NCBI GenBank assembly: GCA_030390025.1
Contig: CM059438.1
Location: forward strand, 61,382,001 to 61,446,000
Length of the DNA stretch: 64,000 nucleotides
Direction of reading: 5' to 3'
Source: Squalus acanthias
Taxonomy: Eukaryota
Below are positions 50,524 to 62,306 of the stretch, in pieces. The position numbers and the translations under genes were made by a program. Below the pieces are notes generated by a model that saw only the letters and a list, made by a program, of their open reading frames with translations, was not told the origin of the DNA and did no database searches. The stretch's first letter is position 1. The number at the start of each line of letters is the position of its first letter.

Positions 50524-52407
50524 GGGGTGGGGAGATGTTCCATGGCTCCTTTAGGCGCTGCAGAACCTCCGAGATGGTAAGATGGGCTCTTAGGCGCCAT
50601 CTTGGTAAAGGAGTTGAAGCTTGCGCTAGAAACGGCCGCCCGGAGGATTATTTTGGGGCTGATTGCCACCTAAGTTGCCTGCTAGCACTCATTAAGGAGG
50701 CTGCATGGTATTTTGGTGGCGAGCGCTATGATCTAACACCCTCTTCTAACAGTGGCCAGCTGATTGGGAGTAAACAAGTCGTTGTAGAGGATTTCTAGCA
50801 CTACTTAAAGGTATATCACCTTTTACTGTTCACTTGCTGCTGGAGATTTGAAGAGGACTTTTGAAACACATCAGAAGACTTTCTGGGACACTTTGTCAAG
50901 ACCTCACCAACACTATTAACATTTATTCCTGAAATTTTCTGAGGACTGCACATAAAGAGAGTAAGTGCTGTGCTACTCCACCTTATTGGACACGTTATAG
51001 AAGTCACCAGGAGAAAGGGAGTGTTTGGTCATGGGCATCTTGCTCGGGTTCCCCCTTGGTCTGCAGGAGGAATGGGAGGAGGACATGAGGCCAGGCAGAG
51101 CCGCACCAGCTGCTGCAGGAGAGGGTGACAGGAGGGCGAGGTGGACTCCCTCCCCCCTGCGGGTACAGGACATCCCTCCTCCTCTGGACCTCCTCCGCCA
51201 GGACCCCCAGTGCCGTGTCCGAGAACCTGTGCGCCCTCTCCCTCGGTCCCTGAGCCATCCTGCAACGTGCCGCTGTGCGTCAGCCAGAGCACTCCACACC
51301 CACAGTGGAAGTGGGTGCGAGGAGCCCACATACACTGCTGCTCGAAAATTGCGTCCAATCAGCGCTTGAGTGCTAAACCTGCAGGTGTCAGTTTTAGCGC
51401 CTCCAGGCAAGTTCAAATCATGGTAATCAGCAATTAGGACCAAAATTGTGTGCTAAAAGCAGACTTTCAAACAGGGGTGTCTTATCAACACACCTATTTA
51501 CCAGCTGTTTTCACCCTTTCACCAAAATAGCCCCCTCCTACCTCAAAATGTTCGGTGCAGCAGGACCCCAAGTCACTGTTTCTGGTGTTTTATAGCAATT
51601 GTTTAAAAAATTCTCCTGAATGAGACCTGCATTGTATTTTCAACGATTTTGAATGCTTTTTTAAGGCATCAGAATCTGTTAGATCAGTAAGAGAAAAGCT
51701 TCCACAATTGCACTTTCTTAAACATGCAGCCATGCTTAAATGATGATTTGATGACTTCAAACTTTAATTTTCATAAGATCAATAGAGGGACTTAAAGAAG
51801 GAAGATGATCGGCGCTTTCCTCGGGCTCTGATTGTTTCCGCTGATCTCCGCTTGTTTTAAGTCAGTTTTTACGCTGATAATAATCTCAGGAGATCTCAGC
51901 GTAAGTGGCCGTCGGCAAGATCTGCAAAGACACCGGCATAAGTGTACTGCAGGAAATTCCGAGCTTATGCCAAGATAGCAGCCACTCTTCACCACCTAAG
52001 TCACACAAACATCTGCGAGATGAACAACCCATTAACCTGTTTTTCATGGTATTGCTTAAGGTAGGAATGTTTGCCAGGACACCTGGATAACTCCCTTCGA
52101 ATTGTGTCAATGGATCATTAGCATCCCAGAATAGGCAGACCGGAGCTTGGTTAAACATCTCCACCTATCCGTCAGAAGAGCACTGGACTGTCAGTCGATT
52201 CTGAGTTCAAAACCACAACAGGCTGACTCAGCAAGAGGGGAGTCTACCATCTGAGGCACATCTGACACAGTCGATCAAAAGTGACAAGCTCATTGTGCCC
52301 AAAGGTTTTTTTTTTCTATTCTTAAAAACATCTTCAATTCCAAATAGCTCCCGTGCAAAGGATTTACTGTCAGCTGAAGACATGAGCTAGCTTTAATGGT
52401 GTTCTGT
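50524..52407 (+). repeat. Segmental duplication block 1 (Harbinger derivative ~50528-51535, unique DNA, decayed Deu-SINE ~51990-52268)
   Basis: Nearly identical to 52918-55030. Confidence 0.93.
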
Positions 52408-52917
52408 CTGATAAACACTGGATAGCCCCTATCAGATAAACACTGGATACCCCCTATCAGATAAACACTGGATACCCCCTATCAGATAAACACTGGATAC
52501 CCCCTATCAGATAAACACTGGATACCCCCTATCAGATAAACACTGGATACCCCCTGTCAGATAAACACTAGATACCCCCTATCAGATAAACACTGGATAC
52601 CCCCTATCAGATAAACACTGGATACCCACTATCAGATAAACACTGGATACCCCCTATCAGATAAACACTGGATACCCCCTATCAGATAGACACTGGATAC
52701 CCCCTATCAGATAGACACTGGATACCACCTATCAGGTAAACACTGGATACCCCCTATCAGATAAACACTGGATACCCCCTATCAGATAAGCACTGGATAC
52801 CCCCTATCAGATAGACACTGGATACCACCTATCAGGTAAACACTGGATACCCCCTATCAGATAAACACTGGATACCCCCTATCAGATAAGCACTGGATAC
52901 CCTCTATCAGATAAACA
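52408..52917. repeat. 25-bp satellite block
   Basis: Same unit, ~20 copies. Confidence 0.97.
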
Positions 52918-55030
52918 GTGGTGGGGCGATGTTCCATGGCTCCTTTAGGCGCTGCAGAACCTCCGAGGTGGTAAGATGGGCTCTTAGGCGCCATCTTGGT
53001 AAAGAAGTTGAAGCTTGCGCTAGAAACGGCCGCCCGGAGGATTATTTTGGGGCTGATTGCCACTGAAGTTGCCTGCTAGCACTCATTAAGGAGGCTGCAT
53101 GGCATTTTGGTGGCGAGCGCTATGATCTAACACCCACTTCTAACAGTGACCAGCTGATTGGGAGTAAACAAGTTGTTGTAGAGGATTTCTAGCACTACTT
53201 AAAGGTATATCACCTTTTACTGTTCACTTGCTGCTGGAGATTTGAAGAGGACTTTTGAAACACATCAGAAGACTTTCTGGGACACTATTAACATTTATTC
53301 CTGAAATTTTCTGAGGACTGCACATAAAGAGAGTAAGTGCTGTGCTAGTCCACCTTATTGGACACGTTATAGAAGTCACCAGGAGAAAGGGAGTGTTTGG
53401 TCATGGGCATCTTGCTCGGGGTCCCCCTTGGTCTGCAGCAGGAATGGGAGGAGGATATGAGGCCAGGCAGAGCCACACCAGCTCACAGAATCACAGAATC
53501 CCCACAGTGCAGATAGAGGCCATTTCGGCCCATTGAGCCTGCACCGACACATATCCCACCCTATCCCCACGTATTTAATCCCCCCTAACACTAAGGGTCA
53601 ATTTATCATAGCCAAATCAACCTAACCCACACATCTTTGGACTGTGGGAGGAAACCGGAGCACCCGGAGGAAACCCACGCAGACACGGGGAGAATGTGCA
53701 AACTCCACGCAGACAGTCATCCGAGGCCGGATTTGAATCCGGGTCCCTGGCGCTGTGAGGCAACAGTGCTAACCACTATGCCACTGAGCTGCTGCAGGAG
53801 AGGGTGACAGGAGGGCGAGGTGGACTCCAACTCCCTGCCGGTACAGGACATCCCTCCTCCTCTGGACCTGCTCCACCAGGACCCCCAGTGCCGTGTCCGA
53901 GAACCTGTGCGCCCTCTCACTCGGTCCCTGAGCCATCCTGCAATGTGCCACTGTGCGTCAGCCAGAGCACTCCACACCCACAGTGGAAGTGGGTGCGAGG
54001 AGCCCACATACACTGCTGCTTGAAAATTGCGTCCAATCAGCGTTTGAGTGCTAAGCCTGCAGGTGTGTGTTTTAGCGCCTCCAGGCAAGTTCAAATCATG
54101 GTAATCAGCAATTAGGACCAAAATTGCGTGCTAAAACCAGAGTTTTAAACAGGGGTGTCTTATCAACACACCTATTTACCAGCTGTTTTCACCCTTTCAC
54201 CAAAACAGCACCCTCCCACCTCAAAATGTTCGGTGCAGCAGGACCCCAAGTCACTGTTTCTGGTGTTTTATAGCAATTGTTTAAAAAATTCTCCTGAATG
54301 AGACCTGCATTGTATTTTCAACATTTTTGAATGCTTTTTTATGGCATCAGAATCTGTTAGATCAGTAAGAGAAAAGCTTCCACAATTGCACTTTCTTAAA
54401 CATGCAGCCATGCTTAAATGATGATTTGATGACTTCAAACTTTAATTTTCATAAGATCAATAGAGGGACTTAAAGAAGGAAGATGATCGGCGCTTTCCTC
54501 GGGCTCTGATTGTTTCCGCTGATCTCCGCTTGTTTTAAGTCAGTTTTTACGCTGATAATATTCTCAGGAGATCTCAGCGTAAGTGGCCGTCGGCAAGATC
54601 TGCAAAGACACCGGCATAAGTGTACTGCAGGAAATTCCGGGCTTATGCCAAGATAGCAGCCACTCTTCACCACCTAAGTCACACAAACATCTGCGAGATG
54701 AACAACCCATTAACCTGTTTTTCATGGTATTGCTTAAGGTAGGAATGTTTGCCAGGACACCTGGATAACTCCCTTCGAATTGTGTCAACGGATCTTTAGC
54801 ATCCCAGAATAGGCAGACCGGAGCTTGGTTAAACATCTCCACCTATCCGTCAGAAGAGCACTGGACTGTCAGTCGATTATGAGTTCAAAACCACAACAGG
54901 CTGACTCAGCGAGAGGGGAGTCTACCATCTGAGCCACATCTGACACAGTCGATCAAAAAGTGACAAGCTTATTGGGCCCAAAGGTTTTTTTTTCTATTCT
55001 TAAAAACATCTTCAATTCCAAATAGCTCCC
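52918..55030 (+). repeat. Segmental duplication block 2
   Basis: Copy of block 1 with a ~22-bp deletion near 53286 and an HE1 insertion. Confidence 0.93.
53484..53786 (-). mobile_element. HE1-type V-SINE, young
   Basis: Near-identical to 21867-22177; agct TSD; empty site visible in block 1 at ~51108. Confidence 0.92.
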
Positions 55031-55833
55031 CTATCAGATAAACACTGGATACCCCCTATCAGATAGACACTGGATACCCCTATCAGATAAACACTGGATA
55101 CCCTCTATCAGATAAACACTGGATACCCCTATCAGATAGACACTGGATACCCCCATCAGATAAACACTGGATACCCCCTATCAGATAAACACTGGATACT
55201 CCTATCAGATAAACACTGGATACCCCCTATCAGATAAACACTGGATACCCCCTATCAGATAGACACTGGATACCCCCTATCAGATAAACACTGGATACCT
55301 CATTCAGTTAAACACTGGATACCACCTATCAGATAAACACTGGATACCCGCTATTGATAAACACTGGATACCCCCTATCAGATAAACACTGGATACCCCC
55401 TATTGATAAACACTGGCTACCCCTATCAGACAGACACTAGATACCCCCATCAGATAAACACTGGATACCCCCTATCAGATAGACACTGGATACCCGCTAT
55501 CAGATAAACACTGGATACCTCATTCAGTTAAACACTGGATACCCCCTATCAGATAAACACTGGATACCCGCTATTGATAAACACTGGATACCCCCTATCA
55601 GATAAACACTGGATAACCTCTATCAGATAAACACTGGGTACCCCGTATTGATAAACACTGGATACCCCCTATTGATAAACACTGGATACCCCCTATCAGA
55701 TAAACACTGGATACCCCCTATTGATAAACTCTGGATACCCTCTATCAGATAAACACTGGAATACCCTCTATCAGATAAACACTGGATACCCTCTATCAGA
55801 TAAACACTGGATACCCCCTATCAGATAAACACT
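55028..55833. repeat. 25-bp satellite block
   Basis: Same unit, ~32 copies. Confidence 0.97.
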
Positions 55834-56112
55834 AGGCAGACTGCAGCTCGTTTAAACATCTCCACCTATCCGTCAGAAGAGCACTGGACCGTCAGTCGAT
55901 TATGAGTTCAAAACCACAACAGGCTGACTCAGCGAGGGGGGAGACTACCATCTGAGCCACATCTGATACAGTCGATCAAAAAGTGACAAGCTTATTGGGC
56001 CCAAAGGGGTTTTTTTTTTCTTCTTAAAAACATCTTCTACTTCCAAATAGCTCCCGTGCGAAGGATTTACTGTCAGCTGAAGGCATGAGCTAGCTTTAAT
56101 GGTGTTCTGTCT
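55834..56112 (+). repeat. Partial third copy of the duplicated block
   Basis: Matches ~52132-52410, then continues into unique DNA. Confidence 0.9.
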
Positions 56113-56758
56113 GGGACAGGCTATACAAACAAAGCATTTGTTGAGTTAGGAATCCTGGATGAAAAGTAGAAAGATTCCGACAGACATTCATTTTAAAGGA
56201 CTTTGGGGGGATATAGATTACAGATATATTGCTGCAGGAAATATCTGTGGATGGACAATACTGTGACGTAGGAGAACAGAAACCACGGCAGCTCTGGTGC
56301 AGTGGAAGACAGAGCATGCTCTGAGAAATGGGTGAGGTCAACAGTCTGGAGGTGACGTGCCATTTCCAAGTGTCGAACCGTCAATCTTTAGCAATGAGAC
56401 TCGCCGGGTTTCTGAGGAGCGCAAAAAAGAACCAGTTAAGTCAAAGGGGTCACTTACGAGGAAGGCTTTTCAATACATAATTAATAAAAAGCCAACTCCC
56501 TGCAGCAGGAGGTATAATATGCAAAAAGGCTGCAGGATTTGCTGCCCACCTCAGGACACAGGTGTACACTGCAGCAAGCCTGACTCGGCAACACTGGCTT
56601 ACTGAGCACCGCCTCGTCTTGTGCGTGTGTGGCTGAGCACGTGTGTGCAGGCGGGCTGAGTTATGCTGCAGGTTAGTGTGCGTCTGTGCGTGCATGTGTG
56701 TATGCTCAGTAAAATTAAAGTAACTCTCCTGTAAATTTTCACTCAATTTATCACAAAG

Positions 56759-59700
56759 AAAGAACTTGCATTTATGCAGCGCATTCACGCCCTCAGCACG
56801 TTCCCAAAGTGCTTTACAGCCAATAAAGTATTTTTGAAGTGTTGTAATGTAGGAAATGCAGCAGCCCATTTGCACACAGCAAGGCTCCACAAATAGCAAT
56901 GTGATAATTGGGGGCTAAATTGGATAGCCCCCGAAAACGGGCGTTGGGATCGCCCATTCAATGTAATGTAGGCAGCACGCCAACTTTGTGCTGCCTGCAC
57001 ATTATAATGATTGCTGTGTGCAGCCAGGGTTCATTGGCTGGGGGCCCAATATCGTTACTTGCTAGCACTACTTAAAGCGACCCTGCACTGCTTAAAGCTG
57101 GTCTGCACCTCTTAATGGGAAGGTGCACTGTGGCTGCTGGAGGTGCTGAGATCATTCAGAATAGTGCTGTGCAACAATCAACAATAGCTGACCATGGAAG
57201 AGAGCGTTTACCAAGGTTTTCCGACGCTGCACTGGAGGTCTTGGTGGAGGAGGTGGAAAGGTGGAGGGATGTCCTGTATCCGCAGGGGGGAAAGGAGGCC
57301 CTCCAGACACACGGTCAAAAGGCAGTGGGAGCAGATAGCCGTGAAGGTCAAAGCCAGGAGTCAAGCCCGAGGACCTGGATGCAGTGTTGCAAGAAGTATA
57401 ATGACCTCAAGGTCAGTGACTGCATCTTCAAATGCCATATCCTACCAACTGCACCACTAGCCTCAGCCACTGCTCAATTCACCACATCCCTATAACTTAC
57501 CTACCAACAATCTTTATAAATCAGGACTCATACCTCACATTCATAGCTTCACCTCACCCTCACACACTTACCACTGCTACAAGACTCCCATCCACATCTC
57601 ACAGCTTGCACACACTGCCAGCTATTCAACCATGACAGGCACATCACCCAAACACATTGCACCACAAGGTGGCTCACAACTGCAGACAGCAACAGCTAAC
57701 CGGCTGAGAGCAGGCAAGCCTGCCTATCCTGATCCAGCTGGAGGAAACAGTGCTGGCCGTTATGGGAAGGCCCATTGCTGAGGCTGTGGTCACCGGCGAG
57801 GCTAAATCCATTGAAGATGTCGGTATCTTCTTACCTAATCCTCCTTCTCACATCCCACTTCCCCTTCTTCCCACAATCTCTTCTGACTTACAAGCTGCAG
57901 ATGGTGTAAGCATGCACCTCTTACTTTTCCCATCCCCTCACCACAACCTTACCCTTGTCCCTATTTCCTTTCCGATACCCAAGAATTGCAACCTGCCCAG
58001 GCAGTGGAGGAAGACCAAGAAGACAGTGATGATGAAGACATTTCCGTCACTTAATTTCACACTCTCGGCCACCAGCTCAGATACTAACACTGCGCGTATC
58101 TCAGAGGAAAGCACAGAGGTGGCATCTGCACGTGGTGAGACACCGGGCACAAGTGGCCTGCAGCCAGGGTAGGGAGAAAGGATAGCGCAGGTGCCAGCTC
58201 ACTGGAGGGCGAGGTCGCACACAATTTCTGCAGCAGAGGACTCGGATGAGGACTTCAATGTGCCAGGCTACAGAAGAAGGCTGATGGGTGTACACGTCTA
58301 AATGATTATGCATTGGGAAGCCTGTCAGAAAGCCTGCGTTCGATATCAAAGAGCATGGAGGAGTCCGGCTCCAACTTGGCACAGGGCTTTGCGCAGAGCT
58401 TGAAGCCCATCCATTCCCGTCGGTGGTCTACTCCATCAACACACTTGTGCAGCACCTGATGGCCGATATCTCAGCTTCCATTGCAGCACAAGTAGCTAGC
58501 TACTCGAGGTCGTCCTCCAAGGCCATCAGCAGTCTCCTCCGCTGAAAGTGAGCAGTCTTCCAACAGCCATTCTGCAGCCACTAGGAGCACTAGGGCAGTC
58601 AAAGGCACACGGAAGACAGGCACTAAGGGAATGCAAATGGGTGATTAGTTTACATGTGTAAGCAATATGATATGATTTAATTTATAAATTTGGATTGGAA
58701 TGTGCATTTTGTATTGGCTTTTATTTCTGCATTGTGGCTAAGAGGATGATGTGATGGTCAGTGACAGAGGGAAGGTAAGGAGTGTGGGACTGTTGGTGAA
58801 TGGGGAATTGGGGTTTAGGTTACTGGTATCACACTTCAATTAGTTCTTCACGTACAGCACGAGCAGAAAGGGGCTGTCTAGGTTGCAGCCTCCCTTCCTC
58901 TTACTCGTCTTCCACCTCCTCCTCTTCCTTCTCCTCCTCCCCCTCCTCTTCCTCCTGCTCCTGCTCCTCGCCTGATAGGTGGTGGCAAGGGCTGTTCCCT
59001 CATGACGGTAAGGTTGTGCAGCATGCAGCATACCGCCACAAATCTTGAAACTCGCTCAGCCAAGTACTACAGGGCTCCTCCAGGCAGCAGAAGCGTTGTT
59101 TAAGGACGCCAACGATTCCAAGGGGAATTCCGACTGATGCAACCATGTCTTGGAGCAACTGGTTTGTGCAGAAGCCTTGAAGTCAGCAAAAAGTCCTTCA
59201 GCACCTGTCACACCACTCCCTGTACACTTTTGAAAACTGAAACAACAATGGAAAGCACCAAAAACGTGTAGAATTGTAGCAACAGCCACAAGAAATAAAC
59301 CAGCAACTAACCTGTAAGTAGTTGATGATTCCTTTCAATAGCGCTAGTGGGGGCTCCTTCCTGCTGCTGAACCTGTGTTCAGCTGTGCGAGGTTAAGAGA
59401 GGGCGTCGGCTGCAGTGTGGCGCTCCAAAATGGCAGCGCTGGCGTCAAATCAGCGTTGCCCGCTGCTTGACGTATATGATCTGCCTGCTCTGCATACCTC
59501 CGGTGGACGTTAAGTGCGCCCCTTTACCAAGACGGCCCAATTTCGTCCCCCGCCGTCTGTTTTAGTGACGTTGGTTGAGGAATAAATATTGGCCAGGACA
59601 CTGAGGAGAACTACTCTGCTCTTCTTCAAAAATAGTGCCATGGGATCTTTTGAGTCCACTTGAGAGTGCAAATGGAGCCTCCGTTTAATGTCTCATCCAA

Positions 59701-59848
59701 AAAAACAGCACCTCTGACAGTGCAGCACCTCTGACAGTGCAGCACTGGAGTGTCAGCCTAGATTTGTGTTCTAGTCTCTGGAGTGGGGCTTGAACCCCCT
59801 ACCTTCTGAATCTGAGGCAAGAGTGCTACCACTGAGCCACAGCTGACG
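56759..59848 (-). mobile_element. Deu-domain SINE split by a Harbinger insertion (parts 56759-56909 and ~59555-59848)
   Basis: The two parts are collinear with the SINE consensus. Confidence 0.8.
56910..59551. mobile_element. PIF/Harbinger transposon, decayed two-gene element
   Basis: TIR gggggctaaattgg / cccaatttcgtccccc; plus-strand Myb/SANT RFSDAALEVLVEEV..W.QIA..PRTWMQCCKKYNDLK with introns; minus-strand HARBI1-like LKQRF..VCCMLHNL plus acidic tail. Confidence 0.88.
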
Positions 59849-60309
59849 CATGCGATTACTGCACAAAATATATCCAGTTAAAATATTCTACAAGATGAAC
59901 TATTTGTAATTAAAAACTGGACTGTTTACACGTAAAGCGTGTAAACAGCTGATTGCCATTCACAATTTCTTTCCTGGAAATCAACTGCAAATTAATTCTA
60001 GTTGTAATCATTGACCCTCTCAGGCGGATGTCATCCAATATCAAACATGCGCAGTGTAGTGTAAAACGGTGTGAATGTCATCAGCAACATAAATATGGGC
60101 AATAATAAAATGAAACATCACGTATTAAAGTGAAACTCTTCAAGCAATACAATACAAACAATACCTAGAGAGTCATTATAAGGCCACAGTACATATTGTG
60201 AGCAAGGAGAGGTTGATGATATTTATAATTTTCTCAAACTTTGGTCTCATGTTTATATCGTCCAAACCCCTCGATTAGATTCCTAAGTCAAACTCACTTC
60301 CAGGTACCC

Positions 60310-60540
60310 AGGGGAGAGGAGGAGAATTTTTTTTACGTAGCGAACTATGATCTGGAATGCGCTGCCTGAAAGGGTGGTGGAAGCAGATTCAATAGTAACT
60401 TTCAAAAGGTAATTGGATAAATACTTAAAAAGGAAAAAAATTGCAGGGCTATGGGGAAAGAACGGGGGAGTGGGACTAATTGGATAGCTCTTTCAAAGAG
60501 CCGGCACAGGCACGATGGATCTACAGTGTATGATTCTACA
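60310..60540 (+). mobile_element. CR1 3' fragment
   Basis: tggaatgcgctgcctgaaagggtggtggaagcag; similar to 23737-24100. Confidence 0.85.
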
Positions 60541-60586
60541 ATGGGAGAAAAACTAGTGTGTAAGTACCCAAAAGACAGGAACTAGT

Positions 60587-61197
60587 GCTGAAACCCTCAT
60601 CCAAGCCTTTGTCACCTCTAGACTTGACTATTCCAGGGCACTCCTGCTGGCCTCCTATATTCCACCCTCCATAAACTTGAGCTCATCCAAAACTCTGCTG
60701 CCCGTGTCCTAACTCGCACCAAGTCCCGTTCACCCATCACCCCTGTGCTCGCTGACCTACATTGGCTCCCGGTCCAGCAACGCCTCGATTTTAAAAATCC
60801 TCATCCTTGTTTTCAAATCCCATCATGGCCTCACCCCTTCCTATCTCTGTAACTTGCTCCAGCCTTACAACCCTCCGAGAACTCTGCGCTCCTCCAATTC
60901 TGGTCTCTTGCGCATCCCCGATTTTAATCGCTCCACCAATGGCGGCCGTGCCTTCAACTGCCAAGGCCCTAAGCTCTGGAATTCCCTCCCTAAACCTCTC
61001 TGCCTCTACCTCTCTCTCCTCCTTTAAGAAGCTACTTAAAACCTACCTCTTTGACCAAGCTTTTGTTCATCTGTCCTAATATCTCCTTATGTGGCTCGGT
61101 GTCACATTTTGTTTGATAACGCTCCTGTGACGCGCCTTGGGACGTTTTACTACGCTAAAGATACTATACAAATACAAGTTGTTGTTGTTGTTGTTGT
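60587..61197 (+). mobile_element. L2 LINE 3' part
   Basis: ETLIQAFVTSRLDY..DLHWLPV; (gtt)n tail. Confidence 0.92.
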
Positions 61198-61667
61198 CGG
61201 TACCCAGTGAGATAGGAATTAGTGCATAAGTACCCAGTGAGTCCAGAGGGGAGATTTTCCTGTCTGGGTAGTCCCTGGGTGCAATGTGAGTGGAGTGCAC
61301 TATAATCTCTCTCCACAGGATGTAACACCCTTGTGCCCGAACTTAATCTTGGATCTCATTAGCATACAGTGAGCGTGCACCAGGCGCATGTGGCAGCGCA
61401 CTACTTGACACCTGCCTACGAGGTGCGGTGCAATCCGGGCCTTTCTCTGGCCTTAGAGGCAGCGGTTGAATTAAAGGGTCAGGTGCAGTCAGATCCCATG
61501 ACAGAAGCTGTTGTGATTGTGATTTCTGTTGAATTGTCGGTGTCTGGGAGGGGTATGATATACTTTCAGCTGTTCCTGCACGTTTCAATTTGATAAATTC
61601 CAAAGTTGCCTGCTTGAGGCTTTGCTTTACATTTCTCGAATCTTCTCTAGCTTTCCATGTGATCGAG

Positions 61668-61989
61668 ATTCCTCCGAGATCTCTGCGCCCCTCCAATTCT
61701 GGCCTCTTGCGCGTCCTCGATTTTCATCGCCCCACCATTGGCGGCCGTGCCTTCAGCCATCTAGGCTCTAAGCTCGGGAATTCCCTCCCTAAACCTCTCT
61801 GCCTCGCCACCTCGCTCTCCTCCTTTAAGATGCTCCTCAGAAGCTACCACTTTGACCAAGCTTTTGGTCATCTGTCCTGATATCTCCTTATGTGGCTCGG
61901 TGTCAAATTTCGTCTGATAACGCTCCTGAGAAGCGCCTTGGGACGTTTTACTACGTTAAAGGCACTATATAAATGCAAGTTGTTGTTGT
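61668..61989 (+). mobile_element. L2 LINE 3' fragment
   Basis: RSLRPSNSGLL..GGRAFS; (gtt)n tail. Confidence 0.9.
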
Positions 61990-62306
61990 CGAGTACGTCA
62001 GCTCTGGCAGCACCGTGCACTGCACATGGCCACTGGGACAAGGTAGGCGTCCTTGCACACCATTCCTGCCCCCAACACACAAATGACCATCGATACATTC
62101 TCCTCAGATAGCAAGCAACCTCATCCTCATGACCCACTTCTCTCTCTTACCAGTTCCTCTTCTCATGTGGGGCCTGGTAGTTATCATTCTGCACTCCCTC
62201 ATTTTCTTCATTATTGTTTCACAGAAGAAAGCAGCTTCTTATCGTAGGTGAATCTCCGCAACGAGAGATGGGAAAGTCTTGATCAAGGATCTCACCTGCT
62301 CCATAG

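Noticed and set aside
42354..55833. tet operator array or vector contamination (ccctatcag resembles half of tetO)
   Set aside because: Only ~9 bp match and the TGATAGAGA half is absent; units are naturally diverged and interleaved with native repeats
58878..59063. Host HARBI1 gene
   Set aside because: Frameshifted, mostly deleted and enclosed by TIRs: a transposon relic
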